A DNA stretch of 64,000 nt, taken from positions 1,984,001 through 2,048,000 of the forward strand of contig OZ244170.1 in NCBI GenBank assembly GCA_965216565.1, in the 5' to 3' direction. The DNA comes from Bythopirellula sp. GTDB lineage: Bacteria; Planctomycetota; Planctomycetia; Pirellulales; Lacipirellulaceae. The notes beneath the pieces are model-generated. The model was not told the origin of the DNA, did not search any database, and saw nothing but the letters and a program-made list of their open reading frames with translations. Numbering within the stretch: position 1 is the stretch's first letter; every line of letters begins with the position of its first letter. Positions 10,635 through 20,902 of this stretch are shown here, piece after piece. A program made the position numbers and the translations under genes.

Positions 10635-12230
10635 ATGAAATCTATGAATCGTTTAACTCTGAGTTTGGCAGCCATGGTGCTGGCCGTGTGGACTGTGCAA
10701 GTTAGCGCCCAGCCTGTGATCGACGGCACGGCGAGCGTCGCCGATGGTTACAGCTCAATCTTCGTACAGAACACAAACACCCAGTTCGGCAATGCTACGA
10801 ACGGCGATATTATCGATGGCGGGGGCGGTTCTGAACTCGACCAAATCCATGCAAAGATCGAAAATGGTCGACTCTATATGGTGCTTGCAGGTAATCTTGA
10901 ACTCAATTTTAACAAGATGCAGGTTTTCTTTGATACAGATCCAAACGCTGGCGTCAACCAAATCATCAGCAATCCAGATAACCCCGGGTTCTCCACAACT
11001 GGCATTAACGATCCGAACAGTAACGTGCCTTATGGCTTGGATCAGTTTTGCTGTGGTGGCTTAGTTCCTCCTGACGGCGGAAACACTAACAATCAAGGTG
11101 GCCTCCAAAAGTTTGATTTCTTTACCTTTGATCCAGGATTTACGGCGGACTACACGGTGAACTTCTCTCATGGAAACGAGAATGTCGGCCCCGCAGGTCC
11201 CTCAAATATTCAGTTCTATGCTATGAATGCTCACTATGCCGACCTAACTCAAGGCGTCGATGGCGACGTAGTGGCTGCTGGCGTTGTACTAGCTCCGTTG
11301 GGCCTACCCAATGTGCTGCGAAGTCCACTAGGTGGGGACTTCAACACAGATGGAAATGTCGACGGGCTCGACTTTTTGATCTGGCAGCAAAATCGAGATC
11401 AATTTAATCCAGACCCTAATAACATTGACGATCCCAACAATCCTGGCGCCATGCGTTCGCAAGGCGATGCCAATGACGATGGGTTCGTTAATGGTGCTGA
11501 CTTGGCTATTTGGGAAAGTGGCTATGGAAACGATCCGCCACTTAACGGAGATCCGTTTGTTCCTAATTCGTCGATTACCTCAACTGAAACTCTGATCGGT
11601 CCAGCACTACCAGGGTTGTCGCAAGGCCAACTGATCGACAAGGTCTACGCCATGGATCCTAATGGGGGCGGTTGCACCGATAGCGCTGGCACGGGCTGCG
11701 TCGCTCGGGAGCTCGAATTCGTTCTGCCTGTCGATGCGGCTGGTAACCCAAATAATCACCGCGACTTCGAGAACACCGTCGATCTTCAGCTAGCCATCAA
11801 TAACAGCAACACGGGTGGTGTCGAGGGAACGGATCCCAACGCTAACGGTATGTGGAATGCCACGGGGAACCCTGGTGACGTTAACACTGGGATCGAGTTT
11901 TCCATTCCACTGTCGGAGATTGGCGATCCCAATTCGGGCGATGACATCAAGATAACGGTTTTTATCAATGGTTCTGGATTCGATTTTGCTTCCAATCAAT
12001 GGTCAGGTGGAGTCCTCCAGGGCAACCTCGGCGGCGATGGAGCTGGCAATTTCACCGGCGGCTTGGGTGATATCGATTTAGGCACCATCGCGGGCGACCA
12101 ATTCGTCACCCTCGGTGTCCCTCTGGCTGCTGCTGTGGCGGCTGTTCCAGAACCATCGACCGTGGCACTTCTCTTGTTCGGGGCCAGCTGTGCTGGGCTC
12201 CGTCGCCAGAGGAATCGTCGTCGAAGCTAG
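10635..12230 (+). CDS. Non-catalytic PEP-CTERM surface protein with internal dockerin-like module, paralog of 3655-4623
   Basis: GGAGG RBS, signal peptide. Shares GRLY.L.GN.E.NFNK and QGNLGGDG.G.FTG.LG.ID...AGDQF with 3655. VPEP tail. Confidence 0.8.
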   Translation: MKSMNRLTLSLAAMVLAVWTVQVSAQPVIDGTASVADGYSSIFVQNTNTQFGNATNGDIIDGGGGSELDQIHAKIENGRLYMVLAGNLELNFNKMQVFFDTDPNAGVNQIISNPDNPGFSTTGINDPNSNVPYGLDQFCCGGLVPPDGGNTNNQGGLQKFDFFTFDPGFTADYTVNFSHGNENVGPAGPSNIQFYAMNAHYADLTQGVDGDVVAAGVVLAPLGLPNVLRSPLGGDFNTDGNVDGLDFLIWQQNRDQFNPDPNNIDDPNNPGAMRSQGDANDDGFVNGADLAIWESGYGNDPPLNGDPFVPNSSITSTETLIGPALPGLSQGQLIDKVYAMDPNGGGCTDSAGTGCVARELEFVLPVDAAGNPNNHRDFENTVDLQLAINNSNTGGVEGTDPNANGMWNATGNPGDVNTGIEFSIPLSEIGDPNSGDDIKITVFINGSGFDFASNQWSGGVLQGNLGGDGAGNFTGGLGDIDLGTIAGDQFVTLGVPLAAAVAAVPEPSTVALLLFGASCAGLRRQRNRRRS

Positions 12231-12244
12231 TTGTTTGACGTTCC

Positions 12245-12287
12245 GCTGACCGCGGTCGCTTACCGTGGCCGTGGTCAGCTTTATTTT
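12245..12287 (+). terminator. Probable intrinsic terminator
   Basis: Stem GCTGACCGCGGTCGC/GTGGCCGTGGTCAGC (with G-U pairs) followed by TTTATTTT. Confidence 0.65.
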
Positions 12288-12344
12288 CAGTGAATCGTCC
12301 GATTCACATCCACTCCAGATAGTTGCAGGAAAGCGTTACTGGGG

Positions 12345-14372
12345 ATGCCAGAAATTCAGCCCAATATTTTAACTCGGTTGTGTACCGTTCTCTTAGTTTC
12401 ACTCTCTGCGCTGATCGGTTGCAACGCGCAGCAATCGCCAACGCCTCAGGCCACGCCGGCAGCAACCCAAACGACAGCTCCAGCAGTTTCATCAGAACCT
12501 GCCAATCTAGCAGAGCAATCCCCAGCCGAAGATCAGACGCCCTCGGACGAAATTGACACTTTGATGGAACCCTTCGTTCCATCTTGGGTCGTCGACGCGG
12601 TGTTTTATCAGATCTTCCCCGAACGTTTTCGCAATGGCGACTCGTCGAACGATCCTACCCGGGAATCGCTCGAACCCAACGATGTCTCCGATAGCTGGGC
12701 GATCACCCCTTGGACCAGTGATTGGTACAAGCGGGCAGATTGGGAAAAAGAGATTGGTGACGACTTCTACGAATCTGGAGTCTTTCACCGTCGCTTCGGG
12801 GGCGATTTGCAGGGAGTGCTCGATAAGCTCGATTACCTGGAAGACTTAGGCGTCAATGCGATCTATTTCAATCCCGTTTTCTATGGGCGATCGCTGCACA
12901 AATATGACGGTGCTTCAATGCACCATATCGATCCCTACTTTGGTCCCGACCCTGCGGGCGATCTCGAGATTATTGCCACCGAAACTAGCGATCCCGACAC
13001 TTGGAAGTGGACTGCCGCGGACAAACTTTTTCTCGATCTCGTTCAGCAGATACACCAACGCAAAATGCGGCTGATTATCGATGGAGTGTTTAACCACACT
13101 GGCAGAGACTTCTTCGCGTTTGCCGATTTGCGGGAGAAGCAAGAAGAGTCGCGCTACGTGGACTGGTATATCGTGCAGAGTTTCGACAAACCCGAGACGC
13201 CTCAAGATGAGTTTCGCTACAAAAGCTGGTGGGGAATCGACACGCTCCCAGAGTTTGCGGACGATTTCGATCGGACCGACCTGCACCCAGGCCCGAAGAA
13301 GTATATTTTCGACGTCACCCGCCGCTGGATGGATCCCGACAATGATGGCGACCCCTCCGACGGCATCGATGGCTGGCGATTGGATGTGGCTAATGAAGTG
13401 CCTTCCGGTTTTTGGAAGGACTGGAACTCGCTAGTGCGGGACCTCAATCCCGATGCCTATACCGTGGGCGAATTCTGGGGCGATGCCAAGCAGCATCTCG
13501 TCGATGGTCGATTCTCTGCCACGATGAACTATCACGGCTTCGCTTATTTGGTGAAAGGCTTCCTCATCGACGGCAGGCTCACCGCACACGACTTTGGAAT
13601 GCAGCTGCGAGACCGCATGGAGGAATACCCTCGCTCGATGCAATTTGCCTTGCAAAACCTCATTGATTCGCACGACACCGATCGTGTCGCCTCGATGATT
13701 GTGAATGCCAACGACGAGAATTATTTACAAGCTGAAAAGTTCGACTACGACGTTTCCGAAGTGGTCTCTCCTCGCTACACCCTTGCCTATTCGGCCGAGG
13801 CTCCCGACGACGACGATCGCCGCATTCAACGGATGGTCGCACTCATGCAAATGACGTTTGTCGGTGCCCCCATGGTTTACTACGGCACCGAAGCCGGAAT
13901 GTGGGGAGCCGACGATCCTTGCAATCGCCAAGCCATGGTCTGGGAAGACTTACAATACGACCCCCAAGCCGAAGATCCTCGGAACAGAAAAAGGAACGCG
14001 GATCCTATTGAATTCGATCAAGAATTGTTCGATTTCTACCAAAACGCCATTCAGCTTCGTCTCGACAATCCAGCGCTGCGGAATGGTGCCTTTGAAGTCC
14101 TCAGTTTTGATGACGAAGCCATGTTTATTGCTTTTCGTCGCGTCTCAGACGAAGGTACCCTCATCGTGGCAATCAATCGTGGGGATAGCTCCTATGAGTT
14201 CACTTTCGATACAAAACCGAATAGTGCCTGGTCCACTATTTTTGCCGCATCGGAGAATCTCGAAAGCGTGGCAGTTGCTGCGGAAGGCAATCAATCAACC
14301 GTTTCAATTCCTGCGATGGAAGCGATTGTTCTCAAGGATCTAGCGGGAGCGGAGCAGCAGGGCCCTGAATGA
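12345..14372 (+). CDS. GH13 neopullulanase/cyclomaltodextrinase-like lipoprotein
   Basis: Lipobox LIGC, FYQIFPERF, GGDLQG, DGVFNH, GWRLDVA, GEFW, DSHD. Confidence 0.9.
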   Translation: MPEIQPNILTRLCTVLLVSLSALIGCNAQQSPTPQATPAATQTTAPAVSSEPANLAEQSPAEDQTPSDEIDTLMEPFVPSWVVDAVFYQIFPERFRNGDSSNDPTRESLEPNDVSDSWAITPWTSDWYKRADWEKEIGDDFYESGVFHRRFGGDLQGVLDKLDYLEDLGVNAIYFNPVFYGRSLHKYDGASMHHIDPYFGPDPAGDLEIIATETSDPDTWKWTAADKLFLDLVQQIHQRKMRLIIDGVFNHTGRDFFAFADLREKQEESRYVDWYIVQSFDKPETPQDEFRYKSWWGIDTLPEFADDFDRTDLHPGPKKYIFDVTRRWMDPDNDGDPSDGIDGWRLDVANEVPSGFWKDWNSLVRDLNPDAYTVGEFWGDAKQHLVDGRFSATMNYHGFAYLVKGFLIDGRLTAHDFGMQLRDRMEEYPRSMQFALQNLIDSHDTDRVASMIVNANDENYLQAEKFDYDVSEVVSPRYTLAYSAEAPDDDDRRIQRMVALMQMTFVGAPMVYYGTEAGMWGADDPCNRQAMVWEDLQYDPQAEDPRNRKRNADPIEFDQELFDFYQNAIQLRLDNPALRNGAFEVLSFDDEAMFIAFRRVSDEGTLIVAINRGDSSYEFTFDTKPNSAWSTIFAASENLESVAVAAEGNQSTVSIPAMEAIVLKDLAGAEQQGPE

Positions 14373-16672
14373 AGACGTCGGCACTTGAAACGTCGATTGG
14401 AATTGTCGCAAAAGTAATTCGTCTGAAGTGCAAGCTTCTGACGATCGCACTACTACTTCTGACCTCTGCAGGTCTCATCGGATGCCAACCCGCGAGCCAT
14501 AAGCGCACGATCACGGTGTGGCACCAACTGACTCCCCGCGATCGGGCCCTGTTGGAGCGTCGCATTGCGGACTTTGAGCAGTTCGATCCGAACATCCATG
14601 TAAGGTTTCTCTACAAAGAAACGGAGGAACTACGCAGCGGATTTCAAGCGGCCGCTCTGGCTGGGATTGGCCCGGAACTCATTCATGGCCCCACCGACGC
14701 CCTAGGCCCATTCCAAGCGATGGGAATCATCCAGGACATGTCGCCCTGGTTGAACGCCAAGTCTCAAGCCGCTTTCTTGCCAAATGCGCTAACCTTTGTT
14801 CCAAGCCGAGACGATCCGCAACGAAAAGAGCTACTTCAAATTCCGGATCGTTTCGGAAACCATCTGGCCCTCGTCTACAACCGCGATTTCATCAAAGAGC
14901 CTCCGAAGACAACAACTGAACTGATCGAACTTGGTAAACAACACACCGTCGATGCGAACGGCGACGGTAGAAACGAACGCTACGGCCTGGTTTGGAACTT
15001 CGTCGAACCTTTTTTTGCCATCCCGTTTGTCACCGGCTATGGAGGCTGGGTATTCGATGATTCTGGCGACCCCGTGCCTAACCTAGATACGCCCGAGATT
15101 GTAGACGCATACGAGTTCGTACTTTCGTTGAGAGACGAGCATAAGATTGTCCCCAATAACTGCGATTACGAAACGGCCGACTCACTTTTCAAAAGTGGCA
15201 AAGCAGCCATGATTATCAATGGCGATTGGAGTTGGTCCGACTATCTAGCAGCCGAGGGCATCGATGCCGCCGTGGCCCCTTTGCCGCTGGTGTCTGCCAC
15301 TGGCGAGCCCATGGGACCGATGGTCTCGCCCAAAGGGTATTCCTTGAATGCCGTTCTCGACGACACTGCCAAGCGCGATGCAATGCGCTTCGTCGAATTC
15401 ATGACCAGCGACGCAACGCAGAGATTCTATATGAGCGAGGGCTTGATTCTGCCCGCCTTGAAAGAGCCGTACGAGGATCCCATGATGTCCGAAAACGACA
15501 CATTGGTTGCCTCGAAAATCCAGCTCGACAACGGACGGTTGATGCCTGTCGATACCGAGTTACGGGCCGTATGGGACGCGATGAGACCCGCCTACCAGTC
15601 ACTCCTGGGGGGCAGTATCACCGCAGAGCAAGCTGGCAAGCAAATGCAAAAAGAGGCAGAGCGAGCCATCGATCTGATGAATCGCGACAGCCAGGCAGCC
15701 GCTGAGCCCTGGGTCTGGCAATTGTTGGGGGCGATTCTCTGCGGTGCGCTGCTTTTTTGGCAGCGGCGGAGTCTACTCCAATTTCTCCCCGATGTCCGTC
15801 GGCAGCCATTCGCTTATTGGCTGGTGCTACCCTCCATTGTTGTCATTTTCTTAACGGTCGCCTTTCCTTTTTTCTACAACGTTCTGCTTTCGCTCTCGAA
15901 TATGTCTCTCACCAATTTTCAGGAGTGGGAGATTGTAGGTCTGGAAAACTACCGAGAAGTGTTTGCCGAAGGGTCGTTCTATCGGTTGCTGGGCAGAACG
16001 ATCTTTTGGACGGCGATTAACGTCTTCTTTCATACATGCTTTGGCGTACTACTGGCGATGGCCATCAATGGGCCTATTCGGGGGAAGACGTTCTACCGAA
16101 TTTGCCTCATCATTCCCTGGGCCGTGCCGGCTTACATTACCGCTCTCACGTGGCGGAGCATGTTTCACTACGATTACGGCGCAATCAATCTGTTGTTGAG
16201 CAATTGGTTTGGCATCGAACCTGTGAATTGGCTCGGCGAACCGAGCCCAGCTTTCGCCGCCTGCATTGTTGCAAATGTATGGCTCGGCTATCCCTTCATG
16301 ATGGTCATCGCACTGGGCGGGCTGCAGGGAATTCCCAATGAGCTTTACGAAGCCGCCCGGATCGATGGTGCGTCGCGGTGGCACCAGTTTTGGCACGTCA
16401 CGTTGCCGCTGCTCAAACCAGTTTTAGCCCCCGCGGTTACGCTGGGTGCGATTTGGACTTTCAACAATCTAAACGTGGTGTGGCTCGTCTCCAACGGCGG
16501 CGAACCCGCCAACAAAACGCATATTTTAGTTTCCTACGTCTATAAAGCCGTTTTTAACCTCTATCGCTATGGCTATGGCGCAGCACTTTCGATGGTGATT
16601 TTTGCCATCCTGCTTGCCGCCAGCCTCATAGGGTTGCAGCGTTCGCGCGCCACCGAAAGCGTCTACACTTGA
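14369..16672 (+). CDS. Maltodextrin ABC transporter: substrate-binding protein fused to MalF-like permease
   Basis: Lipobox LIGC and SBP motifs (ALVYNRD, FKSGKAAMIINGDW), then TM helices with EAA loop LYEAARIDGA. Confidence 0.85.
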   Translation: MKTSALETSIGIVAKVIRLKCKLLTIALLLLTSAGLIGCQPASHKRTITVWHQLTPRDRALLERRIADFEQFDPNIHVRFLYKETEELRSGFQAAALAGIGPELIHGPTDALGPFQAMGIIQDMSPWLNAKSQAAFLPNALTFVPSRDDPQRKELLQIPDRFGNHLALVYNRDFIKEPPKTTTELIELGKQHTVDANGDGRNERYGLVWNFVEPFFAIPFVTGYGGWVFDDSGDPVPNLDTPEIVDAYEFVLSLRDEHKIVPNNCDYETADSLFKSGKAAMIINGDWSWSDYLAAEGIDAAVAPLPLVSATGEPMGPMVSPKGYSLNAVLDDTAKRDAMRFVEFMTSDATQRFYMSEGLILPALKEPYEDPMMSENDTLVASKIQLDNGRLMPVDTELRAVWDAMRPAYQSLLGGSITAEQAGKQMQKEAERAIDLMNRDSQAAAEPWVWQLLGAILCGALLFWQRRSLLQFLPDVRRQPFAYWLVLPSIVVIFLTVAFPFFYNVLLSLSNMSLTNFQEWEIVGLENYREVFAEGSFYRLLGRTIFWTAINVFFHTCFGVLLAMAINGPIRGKTFYRICLIIPWAVPAYITALTWRSMFHYDYGAINLLLSNWFGIEPVNWLGEPSPAFAACIVANVWLGYPFMMVIALGGLQGIPNELYEAARIDGASRWHQFWHVTLPLLKPVLAPAVTLGAIWTFNNLNVVWLVSNGGEPANKTHILVSYVYKAVFNLYRYGYGAALSMVIFAILLAASLIGLQRSRATESVYT

Positions 16673-16703
16673 GATCCAAAAGAATATTTAGTGCCAAATC
16701 GAA

Positions 16704-17561
16704 ATGAAGAAGAACCATCTCGATGACAAACCGACCGAAGCGATGGGAGTGTCGCTGTTGAGGCACGCAGTGCTATTGCTGTTTGTGTTTATCAGCCTCT
16801 ATCCCGTACTTATCGTACTCTCGATCTCCTTGCGGCCGGGGAACCAGCTACAATCGACCGATCTCTCACTTATTCCAGAAAATTGGACGTTCGATTCCTA
16901 TCGTAGCCTATTCACAGAACAACCTTTCTTAAATTGGCTAGGAAACTCTCTGCTCGTTTCAGGTATTGTGACGATGACCGGCGTGGCATTGGCGTCGCTG
17001 GGCGGGTACGCATTGAGCCGTTACAAATTTGTGGGACGACAAACTTTGATGCTCTCGATTCTCACGACGCAAATGTTCCCAGCGACAATGCTCTTGCTGC
17101 CCTTGTACATATTGATCGCCAAGTTGCACTTAGTAGATACGTATTTAGGGCTGATGATCTTTTACGTATCCACCGCTTTGCCTTTTTGCATTTGGCAAAT
17201 GAAAGGCTTTTACGACACGATTCCCCCTTCGCTGGAAGAAGCAGCTTCCATTGATGGTTGCGGACAATTCAGTGCCTTCTGGCGGATCGTGCTTCCCGTG
17301 GCAGTTCCTGGACTTGTGATTACAGCCTTGTTTAGTTTTATGACCGCGTGGAGCGAGTACATTGTCGCGGCCCAGGTCTTGCAAAGCCGCGATCTGTTCA
17401 CGCTACCCTTAGGAATCAAGGGATTTCAGGCGAGCATGTCGACCCAATGGGGACTCTATGCGGCAGCTTCCATTCTTGTCAGCATTCCTGTGGTCGTTGT
17501 CTTCATCATCTTGAGTCGGTACCTTGTTTCGGGCATGACCCTCGGTGCCGTGAAAGAGTAG
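16704..17561 (+). CDS. malG: Sugar ABC transporter permease, MalG-like
   Basis: FDTIP-like YDTIPPSLEEAASIDG, C-terminal GMTLGAVKE. Confidence 0.85.
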   Translation: MKKNHLDDKPTEAMGVSLLRHAVLLLFVFISLYPVLIVLSISLRPGNQLQSTDLSLIPENWTFDSYRSLFTEQPFLNWLGNSLLVSGIVTMTGVALASLGGYALSRYKFVGRQTLMLSILTTQMFPATMLLLPLYILIAKLHLVDTYLGLMIFYVSTALPFCIWQMKGFYDTIPPSLEEAASIDGCGQFSAFWRIVLPVAVPGLVITALFSFMTAWSEYIVAAQVLQSRDLFTLPLGIKGFQASMSTQWGLYAAASILVSIPVVVVFIILSRYLVSGMTLGAVKE

Positions 17562-17599
17562 GGCAGGGGACCATTCCGCAATTTGCAACGAGAGCGAAG

Positions 17600-19066
17600 A
17601 TGAAACTAGCAATCCCAGTCTCGTTGGTCAGTTGCGCAATGCTAGTTGCTGAGCTGCTCTGCCCCTTCGCTCACGCTGCTCCAACCGCGCAGCCGAATAT
17701 CGTAATGATCCTCGTCGACGATCTTGGCTGGACCGACTTGGGCTGTTACGGCAGTAGCTTTTACGACACGCCCAATCTGGACAAGTTTGCGGAATCCTCG
17801 GTGAGATTCACGAGTGCTTATGCCGCGTCACCAGTCTGTTCGCCAACTCGCGCTGCCATCTTGAGTGGCAAAAACCCGATGCGACTTCAGATCACCGACT
17901 GGATTCCTGGAATGATCCCCATGCGCCCGCAGACTGCCAACCGCTATCCACTGCTGCAGCCACCCATTGAGAACCAACTCCCTCACGAAGAAACGACGAT
18001 CGCTGAAACCTTGCAATCAGCCGGCTACCAAACTTTCTACGCAGGAAAATGGCATCTTGGTGAGAAAAGACATTGGCCCGAGTCGCAGGGTTTCGAAATC
18101 AACCGGGGAGGACACGACAAAGGCTCGCCCCCCGGCGGCTATTATTCTCCCTATAAGAATCCGGCGTTGGGGGATGGTCCGACAGGTGAGTATCTGACAG
18201 ATCGGCTGGCAAGTGAAACAATCGAGTTTATTGAGCAGCGTGACAAAGATCGACCATTCTTCGCTTACTTGGCTTTTTACACCGTCCATACGCCCATCCA
18301 AGGTTGCAATAAGTACGACGAGCTCTACCGCCAACGTGCCGACGGTTTGCCCGCACTCAACAATCACACATTGCGTGAGGAGAACGGCGCTCGCACTCGA
18401 GTGGTTCAAGACAATCCCGAGTACGCGGCGATGGTTCGATCGATGGACGAGAACGTCGGTCGCGTCTTGAATTTGCTTGAGTCGGAAGACCTTGGCGATG
18501 ACACAATCGTGATCTTCACCTCCGACAATGGCGGGTTGAGCACTCAGGGCAAAGGGGGACCTACTTCAGTTCTACCACTGCGTGCAGGTAAGGGCTGGTG
18601 CTACGAGGGAGGCATTCGGATTCCCCTGCTGATCCGCGCTCCAGGCATCTCCCAGGACGGCACCGATTGCGACGTCCCCACAATTTCTATGGACCTCTAT
18701 CCCACTATTCTCGACTGTGCCGGCGTCCCCAGGCAGCCTGAACAACATCGGGACGGCATAAGCCTCGCCGGCTATCTTCGCTCGCCAGCAGAAACATTGA
18801 AGCGCACCCTGGTTTGGCATTTCCCTCACTACCATGCCTCCGCTTGGACACCGGGGTCGGCGATTCGCCAGGGAGATTGGAAACTCATCGAATTCTACGA
18901 GCAAGATGTGGTCGAACTCTACAATCTGGCCGACGATCTCGGTGAGCAGCATAACCTAGCCAACACAGATCCAGAGCAGGCAGAGTTACTTCTGAATGAA
19001 CTGCATCAATCGCTCGACTCGATGGGGGCGCTATACCCAGAGCAGAACCCAAATTTTCAGCGCTAG
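17600..19066 (+). CDS. Secreted formylglycine-dependent sulfatase (S1 family)
   Basis: PNIVMILVDDLG, CSPTR, GKWHLG, FTSDNGG. ATG at 17600 gives a signal peptide. Confidence 0.92.
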   Translation: MKLAIPVSLVSCAMLVAELLCPFAHAAPTAQPNIVMILVDDLGWTDLGCYGSSFYDTPNLDKFAESSVRFTSAYAASPVCSPTRAAILSGKNPMRLQITDWIPGMIPMRPQTANRYPLLQPPIENQLPHEETTIAETLQSAGYQTFYAGKWHLGEKRHWPESQGFEINRGGHDKGSPPGGYYSPYKNPALGDGPTGEYLTDRLASETIEFIEQRDKDRPFFAYLAFYTVHTPIQGCNKYDELYRQRADGLPALNNHTLREENGARTRVVQDNPEYAAMVRSMDENVGRVLNLLESEDLGDDTIVIFTSDNGGLSTQGKGGPTSVLPLRAGKGWCYEGGIRIPLLIRAPGISQDGTDCDVPTISMDLYPTILDCAGVPRQPEQHRDGISLAGYLRSPAETLKRTLVWHFPHYHASAWTPGSAIRQGDWKLIEFYEQDVVELYNLADDLGEQHNLANTDPEQAELLLNELHQSLDSMGALYPEQNPNFQR

Positions 19067-19145
19067 TCCTTGGCCTGCTCATTCTTACCAGAGCATCCAG
19101 ACTGTTGGAACCGGGCTGTAGTCACGCAAGTCGCACAGTCTTACA

Positions 19146-20879
19146 ATGGGCGACATGTCCATGTGGGAACTCCATTCTCAGTACCGTGTTTCTCCAGAAA
19201 TCACCAGCAACCTTCGGCATGCCGACATCGTACGCATGCTTGCCGAGCTACAGGCGGTACGCCCCGAGGCGATGCCCTTAAGCGAGCTGGGGACCTCGTA
19301 CGAAGGCCGCAGTATCTGGAAGGCGTCCCTAGGCAATGGTCCCACGAAGATATTTGCTTGGTCCCAAATGCATGGCAATGAACCAACCCACACGGCAGTG
19401 CTCTTGGATTTAATAAATTTCCTGCAGCGCTCACCGGAGGACCCTATTGCCAAAGTCATACTATCCGAGTGCACGCTACACTTGGTCCCGATGCTCAACC
19501 CCGATGGGGCGGAGCGTTACATACGACGCAATGCTCAAGCGATCGATATCAACCGTGACGCCCTCCTGCTACAGAGCCCCGAGGGACGGTTGCTGAGACA
19601 GACAGTTTTCGATTTACAACCCGATATTGCGCTAAACTTGCATAACCAAACGCCACGCACCTCGGTTGGCAGCAATCCAACTCGAGTCGCAGCCGTTTCG
19701 CTCTTGGTTCCGCCCATCGACGCAGTAGACACACAGACGGATGGGACTCGCCTTGCCAAACAACTCGCAGATAAATTCGTTGAAGCTGTCGAGCCACACT
19801 GCGCAGGCCTCATCTCTCGGTACGACGCCGACTTTATGCCGCGCTGCTTTGGCGAGTGGGTACAGCAACAAGGGGCGGCCACGCTAACGGTGGAAGCAGG
19901 CGGCTGGACAACCCCGCTGACCGAACGTAGCCCCCTGGTGCAAGTTCATTTTCTAGGAACGCTAAGCGTACTCGAGAGTATTGCCAATGAGAGTTACGAG
20001 TCGGCCGATCCGATCATCTACGATCAGCTGCCACGTTCCGGTGGCCACGACTTGTTCGATCTTGCCGTGAGAAATACGCGCATCGTGCTCAACAAGTCAG
20101 GCGAAACCGCCCGCAGCGACATCGGCATCAATTTTCATTCAACCTCGAGCGACCATCAGTTTGCCTTAACAGGGAGGATTGCCGACTTGGGCGATCTCTC
20201 CGTGACTGACGGGAAGATCGAGTTCATCGCCGACGACTGCATTTGTCTGCCAGGCAGGTTCGCCCTGCTACCTGAAATCAATCCCACCAACCTGCCCAGC
20301 CCCGATCTTGTTGCCGAGATGTTGCAATCCGGTGTCACTTCCCTGCTTGGGTCACTGGACTTATCGTCATCAGCTCAACGTGACGCACTCCTGGATCTCG
20401 GCACTCAATTGGCACTGCCTATCAACGTTGGCTTCTTGGCTGATCTCGACAGTTATCAAGGCCCAGAATCACAAGCAAACTTAATAAGAGCGCTTTCGCA
20501 GGGCGTGCTCGGAGCAATCGGCACGACCGAATCCACTGAAGCCCAGGAACTTCTAGATTGTTTTGGGATTGTTCCCATTGCGCACGGGGCACTCTCGTTT
20601 GCGTTGGGTGAGTCTTCGTCGCTGGAAGAATATTTTGGTCAGGTGCAGCAAGGTGCGCAACTTCTTAAACACTACCAGACTGGCCCAATTGCTCTGGGAT
20701 CGAGCGCAGATTTGGTCTTCCTCCAATCAGCAGATCGCCTGGCTGCCAATCAATCGGTCGACTGGAGTCTCTTGCGGCGAGTTTTAGTCAGCGGTAACGT
20801 TGTTTGGGACAAAGGCGAGCTGACCCCTAGTCCTGTGGGTCGACTACTCGTGAATGATTTTCGAGCAGCCAGGACATAA
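19146..20879 (+). CDS. M14 zinc carboxypeptidase with degenerate amidohydrolase-like C-terminal region
   Basis: QMHGNE, NPDG, DINRD, LNLH, TVEAG. C-terminal GSSADLV...VLVSG. Confidence 0.8.
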   Translation: MGDMSMWELHSQYRVSPEITSNLRHADIVRMLAELQAVRPEAMPLSELGTSYEGRSIWKASLGNGPTKIFAWSQMHGNEPTHTAVLLDLINFLQRSPEDPIAKVILSECTLHLVPMLNPDGAERYIRRNAQAIDINRDALLLQSPEGRLLRQTVFDLQPDIALNLHNQTPRTSVGSNPTRVAAVSLLVPPIDAVDTQTDGTRLAKQLADKFVEAVEPHCAGLISRYDADFMPRCFGEWVQQQGAATLTVEAGGWTTPLTERSPLVQVHFLGTLSVLESIANESYESADPIIYDQLPRSGGHDLFDLAVRNTRIVLNKSGETARSDIGINFHSTSSDHQFALTGRIADLGDLSVTDGKIEFIADDCICLPGRFALLPEINPTNLPSPDLVAEMLQSGVTSLLGSLDLSSSAQRDALLDLGTQLALPINVGFLADLDSYQGPESQANLIRALSQGVLGAIGTTESTEAQELLDCFGIVPIAHGALSFALGESSSLEEYFGQVQQGAQLLKHYQTGPIALGSSADLVFLQSADRLAANQSVDWSLLRRVLVSGNVVWDKGELTPSPVGRLLVNDFRAART

Positions 20880-20902
20880 TCGATCGTATCAAGGAATCTT
20901 AT

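Noticed and set aside
19091..19135. CGCA boxes upstream of the M14 gene
   Set aside because: The two CGCA copies are only 7 bp apart, not 21.
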